This document shows, one piece after another, positions 57,896 to 64,000 of a stretch of 64,000 nucleotides of DNA (the first letter of the stretch is position 1; each line of letters starts with the position of its first letter). The position numbers and the translations under genes are program-made. This DNA is from Candidatus Daviesbacteria bacterium RIFCSPLOWO2_01_FULL_39_23 (GTDB lineage: Bacteria; Patescibacteriota; Microgenomatia; Daviesbacterales; UBA10151). The stretch lies in contig MFDN01000001.1 of assembly GCA_001776935.1 (NCBI GenBank), forward strand, positions 101,449-165,448, in the 5' to 3' direction. Under the pieces are notes generated by a model, which saw nothing but the letters and a program-made list of their open reading frames with translations, made no database searches and was not told where the DNA came from.

Positions 57896-59967
57896 TCTTG
57901 ACAGGAGATATTTATTTGTGTTGTTTTGGTTCTGTTTAGTAAGCTGCAGAGATTTGTATAAAAAACTTTAGAGCTGTTATTTTGTAATACTTCATTTATT
58001 ATTTTTTCAGCTTCCAAGAAATGTTTATTAAAGATTAACCCTTCTATGAAAGGTAGCCATTCGTTCGGATCCTTTGGCTGAAGATTATTTTCTGTTACCT
58101 CTTTTGTTAGCTGAGTTAGTTTACTCCAGTCCTGTAACTGTCTTGCAAGAGACGCCTTTTGAAAAAAATAACACCAATTATGGGAGGGTTCACGTCCAAA
58201 AATAACAGACGGTGGAGAAGTTTTGTTGTCCTTTTGGAGTAATTTATCAGCATCAGAATATTTGATGTTATTTATCAATAATTCATCTGAGCTGTCTGGA
58301 AATTCCAGCCGATTGCCATCCAAAATCCATAAACAGGACTGGTCATTGGGGGTAGAAATTATTACAGTATTTTTGAAATCTTTTACGTAGGTGATATTTC
58401 GGTCTTTAATGGAGTCAACAGCCTGATTCTTTATCTTCTCCGGTATGCCTATGTCCTGTAAAAAGTCGCCTCTAAAATGTTTTTGGGGTGAATCTTCGTA
58501 ATTAAAGAATAAGTTTCCCGGTGCCCATATTTGATAATCTACCCAATAAATTCTATGCCATTTAGTCTTATTGATAAGATTTTTAAATAAGCTTTGATTT
58601 ATATTGTCCGGAAAATAAAATATCAGCATAGCTTCATCTCTTATTTTGGGAGAACGCCAGTATAGCTGCCACCAAATATTTTTTTGTTTATCCCAATTTA
58701 AAGAAAAAAGGAAGCTATTGGTAATATGGGTTGTGACAGATAATGCTACGAGGGATATTATAATTACCTTTCGCAAAGGGGATGAGATTTTATATAATAA
58801 GAACCCTATTAAGAAAAAAGATGCTCCAGCTATGCTGGTAATAGTATAGCGGTCAAAAGCATAAAACAATCTGACGTAACGTCCTGAAATAATTATTGGT
58901 ATAAGTGCTCCTGTTACAGTGATTAATCCAATAATTAGAAGCTGTTTGCCCAACATCTTTACAGACAGGGAGTTATCAAGGTTTTGGTCTTTTTTCCATT
59001 TATCAGCCGTCTTAAAATAAAGATAAAGCAATAAGGCAGCAATAGCACCTAATGATAAAGCAATAACAGATGCATTCAAAGGTATGCGGGGGATTCTTAT
59101 AAGAATCGGGAGAAAATACGAGAGTGCTATGGTTGAAAATCCACTGTAGAGTACTTCCAGGGGTATTTTGGCAATCCATAAAGGATTTGAGTAATATGTT
59201 TGCATTACCCAATTAATATCTGTTTCCGGACGGATGCTTTTAAATATGAGAATACGCCATAATAAAAATATCCCCATGCTGGTGACATAAGGACTCCAAT
59301 ATTTCCAGTATGACAATATTTTTCTGAATGTATTAAGAGAAAGAAAGTTAAAGTTAACTTTTAGAACATACATTATCAGTAATATTCTGAGGATTTCTGT
59401 GCCTATGAAAAATTCCAGTAAGAAAAAGACACTGATTTGTAGTATTAGTGCGAAAAAAGTAAAAAGAAAAGCCTTAAGTTTTTTGTTTGCCTTTATGGCG
59501 AGTATGGTGAAAAATACAGAATAAGTCCACACTGTTAAAGTGAGTATCCATATACCAAACCCAAGTGGAAGTGGTTGTTCTAAGAAACCAGGATAAATTA
59601 GGAATAGTAATGTAATTGAAGTTATAACTGATAATTTGTCCGGCCAGAGTTTTTTAAGCAGATAGAACAAAGCATATCCTCCAAATAATCTGACAATAAA
59701 CATACAAATATGCCAGAGTAATACGTTATCCCCCAGTAATTGATATAAAAAAGCAAGCAAATATCCATGTGCCGGTCTGTCGATTATCAAACTTTCTATT
59801 AAGCCTTGTGAGCCATAGAAATGGGCGACATAACCAAAGAAGAAGTCATCGCTGTAAAAACCCAAATATGGGATAAGAGGAAAATAAGCCAAAAGACTCA
59901 AAACGGTAATTAATAACAACGAAATAGTTGTTGGATTTACGTGCCTTAAGGATTTTAGATTGGTCAT
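57892..59967 (-). CDS. GT-C-type membrane protein with soluble C-terminal domain
   Basis: LGFYSDDF after TM1, DRP, LF..YPGF, E.F.G.E..R, DRY; multi-TM. Confidence 0.55.
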   Translation of the reverse strand: MTNLKSLRHVNPTTISLLLITVLSLLAYFPLIPYLGFYSDDFFFGYVAHFYGSQGLIESLIIDRPAHGYLLAFLYQLLGDNVLLWHICMFIVRLFGGYALFYLLKKLWPDKLSVITSITLLFLIYPGFLEQPLPLGFGIWILTLTVWTYSVFFTILAIKANKKLKAFLFTFFALILQISVFFLLEFFIGTEILRILLIMYVLKVNFNFLSLNTFRKILSYWKYWSPYVTSMGIFLLWRILIFKSIRPETDINWVMQTYYSNPLWIAKIPLEVLYSGFSTIALSYFLPILIRIPRIPLNASVIALSLGAIAALLLYLYFKTADKWKKDQNLDNSLSVKMLGKQLLIIGLITVTGALIPIIISGRYVRLFYAFDRYTITSIAGASFFLIGFLLYKISSPLRKVIIISLVALSVTTHITNSFLFSLNWDKQKNIWWQLYWRSPKIRDEAMLIFYFPDNINQSLFKNLINKTKWHRIYWVDYQIWAPGNLFFNYEDSPQKHFRGDFLQDIGIPEKIKNQAVDSIKDRNITYVKDFKNTVIISTPNDQSCLWILDGNRLEFPDSSDELLINNIKYSDADKLLQKDNKTSPPSVIFGREPSHNWCYFFQKASLARQLQDWSKLTQLTKEVTENNLQPKDPNEWLPFIEGLIFNKHFLEAEKIINEVLQNNSSKVFYTNLCSLLNRTKTTQINISCQD

Positions 59968-59979
59968 TTCTTAATGATA

Positions 59980-60819
59980 TCAAATAATTTTGTTACTTTT
60001 TTTGTGTTTTAACAGACGGATATAGTCAGTAAGTTCTGTTAAAGCTGTTTTTCTTTGCTGGTTCCTCTTTTCTATAAATTTTGCCTTCGCTCCGCCTTCT
60101 TCTGTATTTTCATTTTGTTTTTGAGTGGGTGGATACGCAAATGGTATTTCTATGGTGAGAATCCTTAATCCAAAAGAAAGAGCTTTTACCAGGGGGAATG
60201 TTTGTGCCTCTGAATATTCTTCAAATAGAGAAGTAATAAGCTGATCATTTCGTAGAGCCACAGGACCAAAGGCTATATCCAGTATCTGGTTTGGAGGTAA
60301 TAATCCTGTCTTATGAAGCAGGTGATTGTATTTTTTGTTCCAAATTTTTTCTGAATCATACATATAACCGGGATAGCTTTGACGAAAATGGTTATCCTCC
60401 CTGTTAGGAACAACTATATCTGCTTCTCCGTTGATAATTGGTAACGCGATAGTTTGGGCAAACATTTCGACAATACTGATTTTTTCCGGCTCTGTCCGGA
60501 TAATCACTTTTACTCCATCCAGCTTTGCGGCTTTTTGGATAGCCAATTTTCTTCCCATGGCTCGCTGGGGGTTGTTTCTTGAAACGACGAGAACTTTAAG
60601 CTCTGATAGTTCCTGTTTAAATGCTTCTGAACTTGCGCCGTCAGCAATTACCAGTTGATAGCCCGCCATTTTTACTATTCGTACTAACTCTAAAGCAAGA
60701 TCTCCGCGAACCTTATCTGTGTCCCCGATATTTTCGAGAGGCCCGGGATACCAGTTAGGGTAAAGAGTAGTTGCTGCAATTGCTATTAATTCTGGATTTA
60801 CTCTAAGTACGGAATTCAT
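59980..60819 (-). CDS. Divergent GT-A-like protein (hypothetical)
   Basis: VIADGASS, RTEPEK in place of DxD, ADIVVP.R; context only. Confidence 0.45.
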   Translation of the reverse strand: MNSVLRVNPELIAIAATTLYPNWYPGPLENIGDTDKVRGDLALELVRIVKMAGYQLVIADGASSEAFKQELSELKVLVVSRNNPQRAMGRKLAIQKAAKLDGVKVIIRTEPEKISIVEMFAQTIALPIINGEADIVVPNREDNHFRQSYPGYMYDSEKIWNKKYNHLLHKTGLLPPNQILDIAFGPVALRNDQLITSLFEEYSEAQTFPLVKALSFGLRILTIEIPFAYPPTQKQNENTEEGGAKAKFIEKRNQQRKTALTELTDYIRLLKHKKSNKII

Positions 60820-60842
60820 AAGTAATGGCTGTAATGGAATGA

Positions 60843-61811
60843 TTAATGTCTATCTGGTAGAAGCGTATTGTTCAAATTCCGGCGCGATACAATTTCCTCT
60901 ACCAGATATACCGGGCGTGCTTTTGTTTCTTCCACTATTACTTGTATATATTTTCCAATAACGCTTAAAGCTAAAAGTTGAATTCCGCCAAAAAGAACAA
61001 TGGAGAATATTATCAACATTGATTCTCTTATGGTCTGTCCGAATAAATAGAATAAGAACAAATATACAATTATGCAAATGAATGAGAAAATGACTATAAT
61101 AAGGCCCAAATATACAATAATATCTAAAGGTAAATACGAAAATCCAAAAAAACTTCTTTCTGAATGATGAATATATCTAAATATGTTATAAGAGGTTTTT
61201 CCGTATTGTCTTTTCCGGCGCTGGTAGATGATAAACGTTGTTTTAAAACCAACCCATGCTCTTAAGCCTCTATAGAATCTGTATTTTTCAGGTAATTTCC
61301 TCATGGCATCCATAACGTTTTTATCGAGTAATGCAAAGCTGCCTGTATCAACGGGAACATCAATGTTTGAGATAGCCCTTAAAATTCTATAATAAGCTTT
61401 TCTTATAAATGTCATAACAAGGGTATCCTCAATCTTATTTCTTGTGCCGACAACAACCTTAAAACCTTTTTCCCACTCTCTAATAAATGTAGAAATAATT
61501 TCCGGAGGGTCCTGCATATCGCATTCATATAAAACAAACGCATCGCCGGTTGCATAATCCAGTGATGCCTGCGAAGAAGATTCTGGACCAAAGTTTCTGG
61601 AAAGAAAAATACCGGATACTCTTTTGTCTTTTGCTACTTTTTTAATTTCCTTTTTTGTCGCGTCAGTGCTGCCGTTATCTACAAATATAAATTCGAAATT
61701 GTATTTTTTTTCACTATCAGCCAGCTTTGCCAATTCCTGATAAGCAAGAGGAACATTAAGCTCTTCGTTAAAACAAATTATTCCAATGGAGACTGTTTTT
61801 TTATTAGTCAT
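60843..61811 (-). CDS. GtrB/ArnC-like polyprenyl-phosphate glycosyltransferase (GT2)
   Basis: CFNEE, FVDNGSTD, LSRNFG, ECDMQDPP, RGLRAWVGF, two C-terminal TM, KARP.Y; ATG 61811 preferred. Confidence 0.88.
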   Translation of the reverse strand: MTNKKTVSIGIICFNEELNVPLAYQELAKLADSEKKYNFEFIFVDNGSTDATKKEIKKVAKDKRVSGIFLSRNFGPESSSQASLDYATGDAFVLYECDMQDPPEIISTFIREWEKGFKVVVGTRNKIEDTLVMTFIRKAYYRILRAISNIDVPVDTGSFALLDKNVMDAMRKLPEKYRFYRGLRAWVGFKTTFIIYQRRKRQYGKTSYNIFRYIHHSERSFFGFSYLPLDIIVYLGLIIVIFSFICIIVYLFLFYLFGQTIRESMLIIFSIVLFGGIQLLALSVIGKYIQVIVEETKARPVYLVEEIVSRRNLNNTLLPDRH

Positions 61812-62742
61812 AATAGCAAGAATTCTCTTTAAACCAGTTAACCGTCTCCTCAATACCCTGACTTAAATTCTTTTTAGGATACCATTTAAGTTTTTGTTTT
61901 GTTTTTTGAATGTTGGCTTGCCACATAAACTTTTGGGGGTTTTTCAAATCGTCATATATGATTTGGTTTTTAAAGTCCACCTTCTTTGTTAACAATTCTA
62001 ACATATCTTTAACGCATGTTTGTTTGCCACTACCGATATTCAGGATCTCTCCACTTAATTTATCGGGGTTATTTATACATTGAATGAAGGCTTCAATTAC
62101 ATCTTCGATAAAAATATAATCCCGGACCGTGTTTGGGTTTTTAATATGGATTGTTTCTCCTTTTAGCATTTTATGGATAGTTTGAGGGATTAAACGTAAA
62201 GGATGGTCGAAAGGACCATACGGAGAGAAGAGTCTTAATGTAACAAGTGGTTTTTTAGTTTTTACGGCGTAGGATTTGGCATATAAAGTTGTGGCCAGTT
62301 TTGCTAAGGCGTAATTGCTGGTTGGTTCACAGCGGTTGTACTCCTTCATAGGAGTATTCTTATCTCCATATTCAGAGGAACTACCCGTATTGATGAAACA
62401 TTCATAATCAATCGAATCTGTGCTTTCGATAAGATTTACGGTACCGAATAAATTTACTTGCATTGACTTATTCAATGAAGTATCGAGTCCTCCATATAAT
62501 CCTAAATTTGCAAGGTGAATAACTACGTTTGGTTTAATTGTATGAAGCAGTTTTAAAAGACGTTTTCTGTTCAGCAAATCAACTTCATGCGGATGCAGTT
62601 TTGTGAGAATATCTTTAATTCTCCAAATATTTGAGTTTTTCCTTTTTAAAATATGAACTTCATAATTTTCCCTTATAAGTCTTCGGATAAGATTTGTTCC
62701 AACGAAACCTGTTGCGCCTGTTACAAAAATTTTCTTCTTCAT
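61804..62742 (-). CDS. NAD-dependent epimerase/dehydratase family SDR
   Basis: TGATGFVG, FINTGSSSEYG, YALAK, LRLFSPYGP, RDYIF. Confidence 0.82.
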   Translation of the reverse strand: MKKKIFVTGATGFVGTNLIRRLIRENYEVHILKRKNSNIWRIKDILTKLHPHEVDLLNRKRLLKLLHTIKPNVVIHLANLGLYGGLDTSLNKSMQVNLFGTVNLIESTDSIDYECFINTGSSSEYGDKNTPMKEYNRCEPTSNYALAKLATTLYAKSYAVKTKKPLVTLRLFSPYGPFDHPLRLIPQTIHKMLKGETIHIKNPNTVRDYIFIEDVIEAFIQCINNPDKLSGEILNIGSGKQTCVKDMLELLTKKVDFKNQIIYDDLKNPQKFMWQANIQKTKQKLKWYPKKNLSQGIEETVNWFKENSCYYD

Positions 62743-63921
62743 TTATGGGAGGGTTTTGAGTTTCTTGAATGCTTTCTTTATTCTCTCAAGGCCCAATCTT
62801 AAGTTTTGGATGTCTGTTGCGTATGAAATGCGAAGATATCCTTCGCCAAAGCGTCCAAATGCGGTTCCTGCAAGCAAGGCTACGTTGGCTTCTTTCAGCA
62901 GAAAAGAGGCAATCTCCTGGGAAGTTCTGCCGAATGATTTAATATTTGGAAAAGCATAGAAAGCGCCGTGAGGTAAAAGAGTTGTTACTCCCGGCATTGA
63001 ATTTAAAGTCTCAATAACGAAATCACGGCGTTTTTTAAATTCCCCAACCATTTCTTTTACTGATTTTTGCGGTCCTAAAAATGCTTCTAATCCTGCTTCT
63101 TGCGTAAATGTTGCCGTACAGGCAAAGGAATGGGTGAGAAAATATTCTATCTTTTTCATAATTTTTTTAGGTGCAACAAGCCAGCCTAACCGCCATCCTG
63201 TCATGGAATAAGTTTTTGAAAAACCATCAACGATGATTGTTTGTTTACGTATCTTAGGTATGCTGTAAATGCTATGATAAGGTTCCTGAGTATAAAGTAT
63301 GCGGCTGTAAATTTCATCTGTTAAGATCCAGCTTTTAAAGCGACAGGCTAGGTCAGCAATTTCCTCCAGATCTTTTTTTGGAATAAGGGTGCCTGTGGGA
63401 TTTCCCGGATAATTTAAAATGATGAGTTTTGTCTTTTTGGAAATCTTTCTTCTAAAAACATTCATATCAAAGCTGAACTGCTTTTTTTCGGTAAGAGGAA
63501 CAGATACAGCCTTACCGCCGAAAAATTCAACCAGGATTTTGTAGGCAGGGAAAGCAGGGTCAGGATATAGTACTTCGTCGCCCGGCGAAACAATGGAGGC
63601 AAGAGCTGTAAACAATGCAGTTTTGCAACTGGGAGTTACTGCAATTTGCGAAACATCAACTTTTATACCCTTTTGTTTAGTTGTCCAATCTGCTATCGCA
63701 TGTCTTAGCGGCAGAATTCCAAGGGAGGGAGTGTATTTGGTTTTACCGGAGCGGATTGCTTTTATGGCGGCTTCCGTAATGTTTGGAGGAGTTTCAAAAT
63801 CAGGTTGGCCAATTTCAAAATGAATGATGGATTTGCCCTGTCGTTCAAGGTCTACTGCTTCTGCAAGAACCTTAAAGGCGCCTTCAGGTTCCAGTTTTGA
63901 CATTCGGGAAGCAAGTTTCAT
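62743..63921 (-). CDS. Class I/II PLP aminotransferase (aspartate aminotransferase-like)
   Basis: IGQPDF.TP, YT.S.G, NYPGNPTG, DEIY, DGFSKTYSMTGWRLG, GAFY.F, RISYA. Confidence 0.9.
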   Translation of the reverse strand: MKLASRMSKLEPEGAFKVLAEAVDLERQGKSIIHFEIGQPDFETPPNITEAAIKAIRSGKTKYTPSLGILPLRHAIADWTTKQKGIKVDVSQIAVTPSCKTALFTALASIVSPGDEVLYPDPAFPAYKILVEFFGGKAVSVPLTEKKQFSFDMNVFRRKISKKTKLIILNYPGNPTGTLIPKKDLEEIADLACRFKSWILTDEIYSRILYTQEPYHSIYSIPKIRKQTIIVDGFSKTYSMTGWRLGWLVAPKKIMKKIEYFLTHSFACTATFTQEAGLEAFLGPQKSVKEMVGEFKKRRDFVIETLNSMPGVTTLLPHGAFYAFPNIKSFGRTSQEIASFLLKEANVALLAGTAFGRFGEGYLRISYATDIQNLRLGLERIKKAFKKLKTLP

Positions 63922-64000
63922 GGTTGTTTTAATGGAGCAATAATCATATTTTTGTAAAATTCTTCACGCGGAAGAAGAGGTGAAAGATCTTCAATCGGGT
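63918..64000 (-). CDS. C-terminal tail of a probable ThDP-binding (acetolactate-synthase-like, YerE-type) enzyme, 5'-truncated
   Basis: Translated by hand: ...PIEDLSPLLPREEFYKNMIIAPLKQP*; its TGA overlaps the ATG of 63921 (ATGA); resembles the P.ED..P.L.REEF...M tail of sugar-locus ThDP proteins. Confidence 0.55.
   Translation of the reverse strand, partial: PIEDLSPLLPREEFYKNMIIAPLKQP

Overview
AT-rich bacterial DNA, standard code 11 (TGA is used as a stop). Gene content and style suggest a Candidate Phyla Radiation (Patescibacteria, probably Microgenomates-like) genome; this is inference, since no marker gene is present. The whole 64 kb is one giant surface-glycosylation locus, cut at both ends. 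The left half (1-35.6 kb) holds a Wzx-type flippase and about 17 multi-pass GT-C-type membrane glycosyltransferase homologues in several paralogous families, mixed with GT2/GT4 enzymes and polyprenyl-phosphate sugar synthases. Two more GT-C genes lie further right. The right half (35.6-64 kb) encodes nucleotide-sugar biosynthesis: Fcl-like, two UXS-like, Ugd, RfbF/RfbG-like, an RfbH-like PLP enzyme lacking the Fe-S cysteines, two sugar C-methyltransferases, cupins, four Gfo/Idh/MocA oxidoreductases and, at the right edge, the tail of a probable ThDP-dependent (YerE-like) enzyme. The most unexpected signal is a family of three short non-autonomous IS200/IS605-type hairpin elements (129, 39 and 138 nt). 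All are multiples of 3 and share one orientation; one sits in-frame inside a membrane protein gene and one probably does. Also notable: a hydrolase-like domain fused to a GT-C, short motif-less GT-C paralogues coupled to full-length ones, and -10 boxes 6-8 nt before many start codons (leaderless-like). No rRNA, tRNA, CRISPR or transposase was seen. All family assignments come from motifs read by eye, not from database searches.
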